Program-made: the position numbers and the translations under genes
Part shown: one piece after another, positions 48,383 through 58,483 of the stretch
Position numbering within the stretch: the stretch's first letter is position 1
Layout of the letters: the number at the start of each line of letters is the position of its first letter
Notes under the pieces: model-generated
What the model was told of the DNA's origin: nothing
Database searches by the model: none
Seen by the model: the letters and a program-made list of their open reading frames with translations, nothing else
Virus record (IMG/VR): IMGVR_UViG_3300021963_003887
Span: 15,170-79,169 of that record
Reading direction: 5' to 3' (one strand)
Length of the DNA stretch: 64,000 bases
Origin: a virus
Taxonomy: Duplodnaviria; Caudoviricetes

Positions 48383-50179
48383 ATGACATACCGCGTAGAC
48401 AGATATAACGGAACTTTTTTAACGAATGTTGCCGATGGCACCATCGATAATACTACGGATTTAAAATTTGTAGGCAGGAACTATACGGGCTACGGCGAAG
48501 TACAAAACGAAAATTTTCTTCATTTATTAGAAAATTTTGCTAACACGATACCGCCATCTAAGCCAATCTTAGGACAGATATGGTTTGATTCTGTTAATAA
48601 AAAATTAAAATTCTACGACGGAACAAAATTTAAAGTAGCCAGCGGTGCTGAAATAGCGTCAACTCCTCCCCCAGGGCTAACGGCAGGTGATTTATGGTTT
48701 GATACTAATACTAATCAATTATCAGCTTGGAACGGATCGAGCTTTGTGCTAATTGGGCCTCAGAGTGCTCCGGGATTTGGTACTTCACAGATTGTTACAC
48801 AGGTTGTAAAAGATTCTAATAATACCAGCCATGTTATCCTACGTGCTGTGGTCGGCGGAGTCACTACAGCTATTTTCAGCAACGATGACGATTTTACTTT
48901 ATCGACTTCAAATAACATAGCAGGTTTTTCAGAAACTGGACGACAAGTTAAGAAAGGTGTTACTTTAAATTCTGTAAATTCTACAGGTGTAAGTACTGGT
49001 CAAGTATTTTGGGGTACGGCTAGTGATGCTCTTAAATTAGGGGGTGTATCTCCATCTAATTATATTCGTTCAGACATCGAAGGTGGATTTAATAACACCA
49101 TTGGATTCCAGGCAGGTTTAACTGTTGGAACCAGTACAAGAAAAGACCTTAAAATTTATGTAAATTCTTCAGTTGGCCAACAACCAATTATTGAAAATCA
49201 AATCAATGGTCAGATTTTAGTTAGAATAAGTGCTGGTGGATCAAACGTCGATAAAGACGATATGATGATATTTTCTAGGCAAATATATGACGTTGCCGAT
49301 CCAGACTCAGAATTTTGTATTTTACCAGGGTCTACATCAAAGTATAATCTAGGTTACAGTGGTAAAAGATGGAACAAAATTTATGCTAACCATCTATTTG
49401 GCGACGTTGAGGGAAATGTAACAGGAAATAGTACTGGTGTACACAAAGGCAGCGTTAGGGACAACACAAATGTCATCTCTTTTGATGCCGACACAAGAAC
49501 ATTTTATGGAAGATTTGAAGGCGAATTCGCTGGTCCTATCGTAGGTCAAGCTTCATCTGCTATCAGTGCTAGTAGATTACAAGTGGGAGCTAACATTTAT
49601 AACCCCAGTGATTTGGCTCTTCCTGGTTCGGCGTCGATACCAATTAGAACTTCAATAGGAACTATCAGTGCCGTATTGTTTAATGGTACATCGACTAACA
49701 GCCAGACACTTGAAGGAAGATTACCGTCTGTAGAAAAAGATCCCGATACTGTAGTGCTTAGAACTGCAGGAGCAGATATAAATGCTAGATTTTTTAACGG
49801 TACATCTACTAGTTCTAGATACGCCGACTTGGCTGAAAAATATCTCGCAGATAAAGAATATGCTGTGGGCACAGTAGTAACAGTAGGCGGAGAAGCAGAA
49901 GTTCGGGAAGCACAATTTGGAGATAGAGCCATAGGTGTAGTGTCAGAGAACCCTGCGTTCAGAATGAATGAGGATTTAGCGAACGGCACATATATAGCAT
50001 TAAAGGGAAGAGTTCCAGTTAAAGTCACTGGATCTATTAAGAAAGGGGACAGGCTAGTAGCTGCTAATAATGGTTGTGCTATCCATGCTAGTTTCCATCA
50101 GTACCCAGATGTGTTTGCTATTGCCCTAGAATCTTCAGATGATGTAGGAACAAAAATAGTGGAAGCTTTAGTATTATAA
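48383..50179 (+). CDS. tail fibre/spike protein with C-terminal Peptidase G2-like intramolecular chaperone
   Basis: shared N-terminus; YADLAEKY...GTVV..GG...IGVVSENPA..MN...IALKGRVPVKV.G.IKKGD.LV. Confidence 0.8.
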   Translation: MTYRVDRYNGTFLTNVADGTIDNTTDLKFVGRNYTGYGEVQNENFLHLLENFANTIPPSKPILGQIWFDSVNKKLKFYDGTKFKVASGAEIASTPPPGLTAGDLWFDTNTNQLSAWNGSSFVLIGPQSAPGFGTSQIVTQVVKDSNNTSHVILRAVVGGVTTAIFSNDDDFTLSTSNNIAGFSETGRQVKKGVTLNSVNSTGVSTGQVFWGTASDALKLGGVSPSNYIRSDIEGGFNNTIGFQAGLTVGTSTRKDLKIYVNSSVGQQPIIENQINGQILVRISAGGSNVDKDDMMIFSRQIYDVADPDSEFCILPGSTSKYNLGYSGKRWNKIYANHLFGDVEGNVTGNSTGVHKGSVRDNTNVISFDADTRTFYGRFEGEFAGPIVGQASSAISASRLQVGANIYNPSDLALPGSASIPIRTSIGTISAVLFNGTSTNSQTLEGRLPSVEKDPDTVVLRTAGADINARFFNGTSTSSRYADLAEKYLADKEYAVGTVVTVGGEAEVREAQFGDRAIGVVSENPAFRMNEDLANGTYIALKGRVPVKVTGSIKKGDRLVAANNGCAIHASFHQYPDVFAIALESSDDVGTKIVEALVL

Positions 50180-50188
50180 GGAAAAAAA

Positions 50189-51424
50189 ATGCCGACAATT
50201 ACGCCGGGTGTAACACCAATATCGTTTAGCGATTGGGACAATTTATATAACACATTATTAGGTATCATTGGACCTATCGCTGTAGATAATACAGGAAAAC
50301 CATTAAACTCATCCAAAGGTGTGGGTTACGGACTAACTTCGGCATTCTTGGCTTCAGCACCATATCCTTTTACTAAAATTATTTCTACAATTACTAGAGC
50401 TAATCCGGGAGTAGTTACTACATCCACACCACATGGATTCGCAAACGGCGATATTATATTTCTTTCAGGACTACCAGGACTCTGGGCTAGCGAAGCAGCA
50501 GGCCTCGAAGGGCAATACTTTGAAGTTACAAGTGCTACTACAAACACGTTTGCTCTTAAAGACTCATTTTTATCCGGCCTAGGATTGCCAGCGTACCCGT
50601 CAAATAACGGAACAGTTACTCAACCTATTGTACATAAGAGTCAATTTGATAGAATTAAAGTAGATCTTGATGCAGTTTATCAACACATTTATGGAATCAG
50701 TTCCAGTGCATCATCGCCAACAAGATCGACCACAATACAGGGAAATGTATATAATCAATATTATACAGGTATAGATACAGCACTATCTAAAAAGTTAGTT
50801 TTAAAAACATATGATTCTGTACTGATAGCTACTAGAAGTCAAACAGCCAACTGGGGTGATGGTGCCGCTGGTATCGATGCTACATTTACAGTGACTTGGC
50901 CTGATGAGTTGAAATTTTTCCAATATTGGAACACTGGCGGATACTTAAAATTTAATATTATTATATCTAACCAAACAACTACAGGGGCCCAGGCAGCTAA
51001 AGAAACATCATGGACAAGTCTGATAACCAATAACTTTCCTATGTACTATACAGGATTTACCAAATCGGTCATGGGCTACGACGGGTCAACTTTTGTTGAA
51101 AATAGAACATCTGATACAAACAATTTCACAGAAGAAGGAGCATTTGCTTCATCTACAGCTGGATTCTCACAAATCTATCAAAAAAATGCAACTACTAGCC
51201 CGTACACATCGAACTACATCCGTATGGAGCATTTTAGGGTAGTGGGTCGACCATTTGAAATTCAATTTAATTTATTATTACAGGATCAAGTTGCAAACGC
51301 TTTTACTTCAGGTGTAACGGCAGATATAACATTTAATATTAATGCTGTCTACTCTAAGGCCCCAATTCCTCTCGGATGGGATCCCTCTACACAACTCGTT
51401 TGTTCATTCAGTAATACCCTATAA
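50189..51424 (+). CDS. virion structural protein with small beta-barrel insert
   Basis: T/S/G-rich; ITRANPGVVTTSTPHGFANGDIIFLSG (E1 FCCH-like module common in phage structural proteins); YWNTGG. Confidence 0.6.
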   Translation: MPTITPGVTPISFSDWDNLYNTLLGIIGPIAVDNTGKPLNSSKGVGYGLTSAFLASAPYPFTKIISTITRANPGVVTTSTPHGFANGDIIFLSGLPGLWASEAAGLEGQYFEVTSATTNTFALKDSFLSGLGLPAYPSNNGTVTQPIVHKSQFDRIKVDLDAVYQHIYGISSSASSPTRSTTIQGNVYNQYYTGIDTALSKKLVLKTYDSVLIATRSQTANWGDGAAGIDATFTVTWPDELKFFQYWNTGGYLKFNIIISNQTTTGAQAAKETSWTSLITNNFPMYYTGFTKSVMGYDGSTFVENRTSDTNNFTEEGAFASSTAGFSQIYQKNATTSPYTSNYIRMEHFRVVGRPFEIQFNLLLQDQVANAFTSGVTADITFNINAVYSKAPIPLGWDPSTQLVCSFSNTL

Positions 51425-51429
51425 TCCAG

Positions 51430-51460
51430 TTAGCTCGGCATATATAATTTGTCGAGCTAA
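51430..51460 (+). promoter_or_regulatory. 11-bp hairpin abutting a start codon
   Basis: TTAGCTCGGCA-tatataatt-TGTCGAGCTAA (one G-U), ATG at 51464. Confidence 0.55.
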
Positions 51461-51463
51461 ACT

Positions 51464-51787
51464 ATGGAAAAATCTCTTGAACTTATAATTAAAAAATCTG
51501 ATAGATTGTTATCAGCTAAAATCAAACGACAGACTCTTAAGGAGAGGTTTGATGCTGATATTACATTTGGATATAATAGTGGAATTTTTAAAGTTGATCA
51601 GCAGCTGATAACTTATACAAATTTCTTATTATCTCTAGACAAACAACATAATGTAATACTATTGGATATCAATCAAACACCTATTGTAATAGATGATCTA
51701 TCTAAATTTCAAAAAGATATTTTAGAAAGATATTTTATGGCACTAGGGCGATACAATGCTGGATACCAAGATTTAAAAAATGGATAA
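51464..51787 (+). CDS. hypothetical protein
   Basis: 107-aa ORF; G.FK....LI, ILLDINQTPI; overlaps the next gene. Confidence 0.7.
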   Translation: MEKSLELIIKKSDRLLSAKIKRQTLKERFDADITFGYNSGIFKVDQQLITYTNFLLSLDKQHNVILLDINQTPIVIDDLSKFQKDILERYFMALGRYNAGYQDLKNG

Positions 51788-52553
51788 AGGTATAGTAATA
51801 TTTGGTCATAATTCTAAAGATATAGATTATGTTAAATTATCCGATATGGCAGCAGGCTATGCTGTAAAAAAATTAGATGTTCCAGTAACACTAATTACCG
51901 ATCATAAATCTGTAACTAACAGCCAATCCAAATTAAAAAATATAGATAATCTTTTAGTTATAGACAGGCCGCCTAGTGTCAATACAAGACAACTTTTGGG
52001 TCAGCATATAGATTTTATTAATACTAATAGACATCTAGCTTTTAAATATTCCCCATATGACCGTACTTTATTAATTGATTCAGATTTTTTTATTCTTACA
52101 GATAGATTAAACGCATACTGGAATTCAGATAAAGAATTTTTAATAACTGAAGGAATGATTCCTATTGGTGATCGATTATCTTCAGACACTGTAAAATTAT
52201 CACCAACAACTATAACTATGCGGTGGGCTACAGCTATCATGTTTTCTAAAACTGACACAGTTGAAAATATTTTTAAAGTAGTAGAATATGTTAAAGAAAA
52301 TTGGTTTTACTTTATCGATCTTTATAATTTACCCCCTACTAGTTTTAGGAATGATTTTGCTTTCACTATCGCTAATCATATTGTTTACGGTTTCTTGCCA
52401 GCAGATAATTTTTTACCAAGTCCGATGATGGCATTAGAAAATTTAAAAGTTAAACAATTTAATAACGATAATATTATTATTGACAACTACACTATTGATA
52501 CTGATGTTCATATTATGAACAAATTTAGTTTACAGGATGGTGTATATGAATAA
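51780..52553 (+). CDS. glycosyltransferase-like (GT-A fold, GT8-like)
   Basis: SPYDRTLLIDSD (DxD), RNDFAF, VHIMNK. Confidence 0.65.
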   Translation: MDKGIVIFGHNSKDIDYVKLSDMAAGYAVKKLDVPVTLITDHKSVTNSQSKLKNIDNLLVIDRPPSVNTRQLLGQHIDFINTNRHLAFKYSPYDRTLLIDSDFFILTDRLNAYWNSDKEFLITEGMIPIGDRLSSDTVKLSPTTITMRWATAIMFSKTDTVENIFKVVEYVKENWFYFIDLYNLPPTSFRNDFAFTIANHIVYGFLPADNFLPSPMMALENLKVKQFNNDNIIIDNYTIDTDVHIMNKFSLQDGVYE

Positions 52554-53397
52554 TGATTTTGGTTATCTAATTATAATTTCTAAAAGCCAAACTCATAGAT
52601 ACGATCTGATGGCAGTATTATTGGCTCAATCTATAAAACGTACCCAGAAACAGGGCTATGATAAGGTAGCATTAATCACTGATGATAAAGATAAGTTATC
52701 ATGGTTTAAAGGTATGCCTTATTTTGATACTGTGGTTTTTTGGGATAAAAAAACACACTGGGACGGCAGGTCTTACATGGACGAATTATCTCCTTGGAAA
52801 TTCACAGTATGTTTAGATTCCGACATGATTTTTTTCCGTGATACCAGTCACTGGATTGATTATTTTATCAGAGAAAATTATCTATACGTTGCTAATAAAG
52901 TTTTACAATATAATGGTGAGCCAATGACCAACGATTATTGTAGAAAAACTTTTACAGACAACGATCTTCCTATGCTTTATTCCGGTTATACTTTTTTTGC
53001 TAAAAATGAAAAATCTAAAGATTTTTTTGACTTAGGTAAGAAAATAATAGAAAATCCTAGAGAATTTAAAAATTTCTTTCTTTCTAATAACATTCCTGAA
53101 GTTGTAGGTACAGACGAAGCATTTGCTTTAGCTGCTAAAATTTTAGATATAGATAATGATATATCCTATCCTTTAGAATTTCCAAGATTTACTCATTTGA
53201 AATCTATATTACAGGATGGGGTTACTGGAACAATCAACGATGACCTTGGATATTATTTTGATGAAAAAAATTTTAAAATTGGAATTTTTAATCAAATAGA
53301 TATTTTACATTATTCTGATAAAGATATTGACATTGGTACTTTAATACAATGTTACCAAAACGAATTTTTAAAAAATATGAAGGTTAATCATGGATAA
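52546..53397 (+). CDS. glycosyltransferase-like (GT-A fold), paralog of the preceding gene
   Basis: SPWKFTVCLDSD (DxD), TDEAFALA, FTHLK, LHY; ATG at 52546 preferred over GTG 52537. Confidence 0.65.
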   Translation: MNNDFGYLIIISKSQTHRYDLMAVLLAQSIKRTQKQGYDKVALITDDKDKLSWFKGMPYFDTVVFWDKKTHWDGRSYMDELSPWKFTVCLDSDMIFFRDTSHWIDYFIRENYLYVANKVLQYNGEPMTNDYCRKTFTDNDLPMLYSGYTFFAKNEKSKDFFDLGKKIIENPREFKNFFLSNNIPEVVGTDEAFALAAKILDIDNDISYPLEFPRFTHLKSILQDGVTGTINDDLGYYFDEKNFKIGIFNQIDILHYSDKDIDIGTLIQCYQNEFLKNMKVNHG

Positions 53398-53962
53398 TCT
53401 TTATATTCTTTTTGATATCTCATCAGGCACTATTATAAAGATATCATCTACAGAAATAGAAAACGATCTTGATTCTAGACAAGCTATAAAAGTGGATCAA
53501 CATATTTTAGATCAGTTAAATGAAAGTAACTCTATCGACAGATTATTTACGGATTTTAAAGCCTTTATAACAGATAGAGGATTACGCATTGTTGATCAAC
53601 GTAAAACCACAGCTGATAAAACCTATAATAAATTATTACCTATACCATATATACATAGATTACAAGAAGTTGCGGCAGATCTTAAACTGGAAATTACCAG
53701 TTTAGAAAATAAACCAGTATTAAAAATTAAATTACTAGCAGAAAACGATATTCGTTTAAATCCTTACAAGAACAAGACCTATATACATCTAACAGAAAAA
53801 AATGATGTTAATTGTCATTATCAGACTTTTGAAATTGATCTTAATAAGTTTGGTGATGAACTAATTTTTGATATTGATCGTTGCGACTATAAAAAATTAT
53901 TTGCCAATCAAATTAGTTTTTATCATCGTAAAAAAATGAACATAGTATATACAATTATATGA
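53390..53962 (+). CDS. hypothetical protein
   Basis: 190-aa ORF overlapping both neighbours. Confidence 0.7.
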   Translation: MDNLYILFDISSGTIIKISSTEIENDLDSRQAIKVDQHILDQLNESNSIDRLFTDFKAFITDRGLRIVDQRKTTADKTYNKLLPIPYIHRLQEVAADLKLEITSLENKPVLKIKLLAENDIRLNPYKNKTYIHLTEKNDVNCHYQTFEIDLNKFGDELIFDIDRCDYKKLFANQISFYHRKKMNIVYTII

Positions 53963-54876
53963 AAACATCTGACCTAGATATTATTTTTATTTCTTATGAC
54001 GAACCTAACGGAGATTTTAATTATGCCGATCTCTGTAATAAAGTTCCTTATGCTAAACGTGTACACGGAGTCAAAGGCAGCGATAATGCTCATAAAGCCG
54101 CGGCAGAGTTAGCTGACACAGATTGGTTCGTCACTGTCGATGGAGATAATATAGTTGATAATAAATTTTTTCATATAGAAATAAACGAAACACCAAATAT
54201 ACAAGTATACGGTTGGTCTGGCGAAAATATTATTAACAACCTACGCTATGGCAACGGCGGATTAAAAGTTTGGAAAAGAGATTTTGTTTTGAATATGCGT
54301 ACTCACGAAGCGGCTATTGAATCCAAGGCACAAGTTGATTTTTGCTGGGAAGAAGGTTATTTAAACCATCCTACAGTTTTCAGTAAAACTGTTATAAATT
54401 CTACGCCATTCCAGGCATGGAGAGCAGGCTTCCGTGAGGGTGTAAAGATGCTGTTGAAAGACGGAGTGAAGGTTGACAGTACAGCAATTACCAATCAAAT
54501 ATACTGGCACAATTTACATAGATTAAAAATTTGGTCTTGTGTCGGCGACCATGTTGAAAATGGTATCTATGCGATGCTTGGTGCTAGAGCAGGAAGTTAC
54601 ATGACCTATTGTACTGATTGGAATCACATAGAAGTTAGAGATTTTGAATGTTTAAAAAACATATATGAAGAACACTATGCTGGCATTGAAGGTAATAGAA
54701 ATCAAATTTTAGAAAAGTTAGAGTCTTTGTCTTTTGAAATACAAGCAGGTATAGGGTTACAGTTAACTACTTTTGATGCTGATCAGAGTAGATACTTCAC
54801 TGATCTGTACGCTGAAACAGTGGCACTAGGGCAGACATATTATAACAAGGATCCTGTGTGGAAAAGTTCTTCTTAA
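53959..54876 (+). CDS. glycosyltransferase-like (GT2-like)
   Basis: DIIFISYDEPN, RVHGVKG...AHK, VDGDN (DxD), YGNGGLK, AWRAGFREGVK. Confidence 0.65.
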   Translation: MKTSDLDIIFISYDEPNGDFNYADLCNKVPYAKRVHGVKGSDNAHKAAAELADTDWFVTVDGDNIVDNKFFHIEINETPNIQVYGWSGENIINNLRYGNGGLKVWKRDFVLNMRTHEAAIESKAQVDFCWEEGYLNHPTVFSKTVINSTPFQAWRAGFREGVKMLLKDGVKVDSTAITNQIYWHNLHRLKIWSCVGDHVENGIYAMLGARAGSYMTYCTDWNHIEVRDFECLKNIYEEHYAGIEGNRNQILEKLESLSFEIQAGIGLQLTTFDADQSRYFTDLYAETVALGQTYYNKDPVWKSSS

Positions 54877-55541
54877 GTTATGATGATCCTAATCTAGCTG
54901 AAAATTTTTTAGTGGCTAGATCTAAAATAAACGATCTTAATCTTTTTACTACAAAAGAGGGCATAGTCAAATCTCATAAACTTTGTGGAGACCAGTCTCT
55001 AACAGATATGTTTTTAGTTATAGATTCGGATGCTTATCTACTTGATAGTTTTAGAATATCACAAGTCTATGACAGTATTAATGACCCTAGCAAGATGTAT
55101 ATTTTTTCTGCTAGAAATCCTATAAACGATTTAGAATACGGGCACGGTGCTATAAAAATATTTCGAAAGTCTTTTTTTACTGATGCGGAAGTCGTTGATT
55201 TCTCTACAAGTTTTTTTGGTAAGATTGAACATGTAAATTTAACTTTAAATATACATCGTTTTAATTCTAGTGAATTTCATACTTGGCGTACAGCATTTAG
55301 GGAATGTGTAAAACTGTCGTCCTCTGTAATCAAAAATAGAAATAAGTATGATGACGAATATAGATTAGAAACCTGGTGTGAAAAAGCCAACGGAAATGAT
55401 TTTTCTCAAGAATGTTTAAATGGTGCCCGAGAAGGTAGGGAGTATGGTTACAGATTTAAACACAGTGTTGACGATCTAAGAAAGATAAATGATTTTAATT
55501 TTTTAAAAGAACAATATGTTTTGGCAACGAGATCCGAATAA
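54858..55541 (+). CDS. glycosyltransferase-like, paralog of the preceding gene
   Basis: LSYDDPN, SHK, IDSDA (DxD), YGHGAIK, TWRTAFRECVK, GAREG. Confidence 0.65.
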   Translation: MEKFFLSYDDPNLAENFLVARSKINDLNLFTTKEGIVKSHKLCGDQSLTDMFLVIDSDAYLLDSFRISQVYDSINDPSKMYIFSARNPINDLEYGHGAIKIFRKSFFTDAEVVDFSTSFFGKIEHVNLTLNIHRFNSSEFHTWRTAFRECVKLSSSVIKNRNKYDDEYRLETWCEKANGNDFSQECLNGAREGREYGYRFKHSVDDLRKINDFNFLKEQYVLATRSE

Positions 55542-56901
55542 AAAGTATATTAAGATAGCTAATCAATTAGACAAAACAGGCAAAGGGTTTTGTCTAGCTA
55601 AATGGCACATGGTGACTATTCATCTTCACACGGGGGATAATCACAGTTGTTATCATCCGTCTATGCACAGAGTTAGTGTTGAAGAAATTAACGATAATCC
55701 CGCAGCATTACATAACAGCAATTACAAAAAACAACAAAGAAAATTAATGCTAGAGGGTGAACGTCCTTCGGAATGTAGTTATTGTTGGGCGTTAGAAGAT
55801 TTAGGACAAATCAGCGATAGACATCTAAGAAGTTGGGAATTTGAAAATACTATACCTAGCATCGATCAGGTAAAAAATTTACCATGGGATGCTGACGTTT
55901 ATCCTAGATATATGGAACTAAGTTTTGGATCAGAATGTCAGATGAAGTGTATGTATTGTGCTCCAACCATTAGCAGTGCGTGGGAAGGTGAAATTAAAAA
56001 ACACGGAGAATATCCTTTACAATATTTGCCTAATCGTAGACAGTATTCAATAAATCCTAAAGCAAGAACTGTATATAAAGAAGAAAATAATCCTTACATT
56101 GATGCGTTTTGGAAATGGTTTCCAGAATGCTATAAAAATTTAGAGACCCTTCGAGTTACTGGTGGCGAACCATTATTAAGCACAAACTTTATAAAGATGT
56201 TAGATTATATTGAAAATAATCCAAGGCCAGATTTACAGTTTGCTATTAATAGTAACATGAGTGTACCTCAACGTAATCTTGATAAATTTATCCATCGTGC
56301 TAAATCTCTGAAAGAAAATAAAAAAGTAAAAGAAATAATGCTTTACACCAGTATTGATACTTGGGGCAATCAAGCAGAATATATTAGGAATGGTTTAGAT
56401 TTAGTCCAATGGGAGAACAATATTCATAGGTATCTAAACGAAGTTCCGAATAGCAAATTGGGTTTTATGATAACTGTGAATCTTTTAAGCATTTATAACT
56501 TTGAAGAATTATTAGATAAAATATTAGAGTTGCGTAAAAAGTATAATACTCGTTTTAATAGAAGAATACAAATTGATACTCCCTATCTTTTAGAACCACC
56601 ACATTTAAGTCTTCAAATAGCCAACGATGATCAAATTAAACGACTGTATAGAGCCGTTGAATACATGTCAACACAAGTTGATAATTTAAGTTATAAACAA
56701 TTTGATAGCACAGAATTATCTAAATTTCAGCGTGTAGCCAAATGGGCAGAAGATAATAGATATGGTCAAGACCTATTGCCTACTCTAAGAAAAGATTTTG
56801 TTTCTTTTGTTGATGAACATGATAAGAGACGAGGAACGAACTTTTTAAGTACGTTCCCCGAAATGGAAAGTATTTACAATCAGTGGAAAGTTACTGATTA
56901 A
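55516..56901 (+). CDS. radical SAM protein with N-terminal Cys-rich (twitch/SPASM-like) domain
   Basis: CQMKCMYC (CxxxCxxC), TGGEPLL, SID; N-terminal FCLAKW...SCYH...ECSYCW. Confidence 0.9.
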   Translation: MFWQRDPNKKYIKIANQLDKTGKGFCLAKWHMVTIHLHTGDNHSCYHPSMHRVSVEEINDNPAALHNSNYKKQQRKLMLEGERPSECSYCWALEDLGQISDRHLRSWEFENTIPSIDQVKNLPWDADVYPRYMELSFGSECQMKCMYCAPTISSAWEGEIKKHGEYPLQYLPNRRQYSINPKARTVYKEENNPYIDAFWKWFPECYKNLETLRVTGGEPLLSTNFIKMLDYIENNPRPDLQFAINSNMSVPQRNLDKFIHRAKSLKENKKVKEIMLYTSIDTWGNQAEYIRNGLDLVQWENNIHRYLNEVPNSKLGFMITVNLLSIYNFEELLDKILELRKKYNTRFNRRIQIDTPYLLEPPHLSLQIANDDQIKRLYRAVEYMSTQVDNLSYKQFDSTELSKFQRVAKWAEDNRYGQDLLPTLRKDFVSFVDEHDKRRGTNFLSTFPEMESIYNQWKVTD

Positions 56902-57559
56902 TAAAATCTTTAGTTAGCGGAAAAATTTCAGCAATAACTTTAGCACAAGCAATAGCAACTTCCTGATGTTCTAGTTGTGTACCATTAGCACTACGTAATT
57001 CAATAAAGTGAATCCAACTACGTAGAGTACCATTCATGTATAACCGACTTTCTGTAAGCCCTTCTGGCAATACAGCACGAGCTTGCTCTTTGGCTATGCC
57101 TTTAGCGATAGCCCATTGATAGGCACTTCGAGCATAGTCGATGACCTGCTGCTGTTGACGTTCCCAATCTCGTTGTAGGCGTTCGTCATCCGTTTGGATG
57201 CTGTTCTGTCTGTTTTTTGTGTCTTGGAGTCTAGCTTCTCTTGTAACGAACGCCAAATCTTGAGTTGGGTCAGCATAGCGTTGACTGAACTCTTGGAAAC
57301 TGAAACTTCTATGTCGCAGGATCTGTCTAGCAATATCTCGGGTTGTTGTGATTTCGATACAGGCGGAGACCATTTCGAGTGGTGACCAGTGTTGGTGTTT
57401 GACCAAGTATCTGATGAGTTTTTCTGATGTTTCGGTGTTAAGTTGGTTGCTGGGATTGCTGACACGGGCACAATACGCAATGAGTTCCTGTGCATCCGAG
57501 ATGCCCAGGTCTCTAAATTCACCTGTTGGTTGGGAATAGGATAAAAGTTTAACATTCAT
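56891..57559 (-). CDS. thyX: FAD-dependent thymidylate synthase
   Basis: HWSPLE, QILRHRSFSFQEFSQRY, EQARAVLP, LRSWIHF..LR. Confidence 0.97.
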   Translation of the reverse strand: MNVKLLSYSQPTGEFRDLGISDAQELIAYCARVSNPSNQLNTETSEKLIRYLVKHQHWSPLEMVSACIEITTTRDIARQILRHRSFSFQEFSQRYADPTQDLAFVTREARLQDTKNRQNSIQTDDERLQRDWERQQQQVIDYARSAYQWAIAKGIAKEQARAVLPEGLTESRLYMNGTLRSWIHFIELRSANGTQLEHQEVAIACAKVIAEIFPLTKDFINQ

Positions 57560-57870
57560 TTGTCACCTAATATATTTTTTGTTATTTTTAAAACGTCTTG
57601 TTTAAGCCTATCAATATCGACTTGAAAATTGATAGTTACGATTTCTTCTTGAAAGTCTTTTATACCTTCAGAAAGTCTTTCCAAAATATCGTCCTCGTCA
57701 ACTAAATCTAGTTGTTCTGGAACATCTATTTCCCAAACTCTGCCATCCTGAAATGTTAGCTCGACACCATGAATATACTTAATGGGCATTGAGCTCATGT
57801 ATATCTCTTCAAATACTTCAGGCCATTCTTTTATAACATCTTTTGGTGGCTTAAAGTATTTTTTAGGCAC
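57556..57870 (-). CDS. hypothetical protein
   Basis: 104-aa ORF coupled to neighbours; EWPEVF, MPIKY. Confidence 0.7.
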   Translation of the reverse strand: MPKKYFKPPKDVIKEWPEVFEEIYMSSMPIKYIHGVELTFQDGRVWEIDVPEQLDLVDEDDILERLSEGIKDFQEEIVTINFQVDIDRLKQDVLKITKNILGDK

Positions 57871-58483
57871 TAGCTTCTTCTGATACCTTTGTTGTCTTTT
57901 TCTTAGGGGGATCTAGTTCGTCTGCTTGCTTACGTAGTCTTGCAGCTTCTTTATACATAGCATCTGCTTGACTTCTGTAAGATTTAGCTAGATCAGTATC
58001 AGAAAGCACACCAGCATTCTCCTGTGTTACAGGAGCAGCAGTTTCCATCAAATCTTTTACTTTTGCTACTTCTTTAACTTCGGATTTAGCAGGACCGTCG
58101 GTGATGGCTAGATCTTCTACCTTAACTCCCCTTTGCTCTGCGATTAGTTTGTTTAGTTCATCTAAGGGCATTATTGTAGTTGGGTTTGGAGTCATCTCTA
58201 CATCTTTAGTTGCAACTTTAACTAAATTTCTACCTTGATGTAGAGCTGGTAGCATTGGTTTACCATCAGCAAAATAACGGATCGAAAGGATTTCTCCGAA
58301 TTCGAATGTATCTTGTGCCTGTTGGCTTTCGACTAGATCGATAATTGAATTATGATAACTATCGTCGAGACCGGAAGTTCCGACTACGAGACAATGATCT
58401 GGATCATTGGGTAATGTTTTGAAAACTACAAGGACTTTGGCCTTGTTGCTCTTCATACGACCAAGATGTTTTAAATTAACCAT
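57863..58483 (-). CDS. hypothetical protein
   Basis: 206-aa ORF in an overlapping operon. Confidence 0.75.
   Translation of the reverse strand: MVNLKHLGRMKSNKAKVLVVFKTLPNDPDHCLVVGTSGLDDSYHNSIIDLVESQQAQDTFEFGEILSIRYFADGKPMLPALHQGRNLVKVATKDVEMTPNPTTIMPLDELNKLIAEQRGVKVEDLAITDGPAKSEVKEVAKVKDLMETAAPVTQENAGVLSDTDLAKSYRSQADAMYKEAARLRKQADELDPPKKKTTKVSEEASA

Noticed and set aside
38978-51424. Diversity-generating retroelement or invertible fibre cassette
   Set aside because: No reverse transcriptase or recombinase, and no near-identical TR/VR or inverted repeat pair seen
57094-57555. 153-aa alternative-frame ORF inside thyX
   Set aside because: Fully nested in a conserved enzyme, S/T/Q-rich composition, no independent RBS
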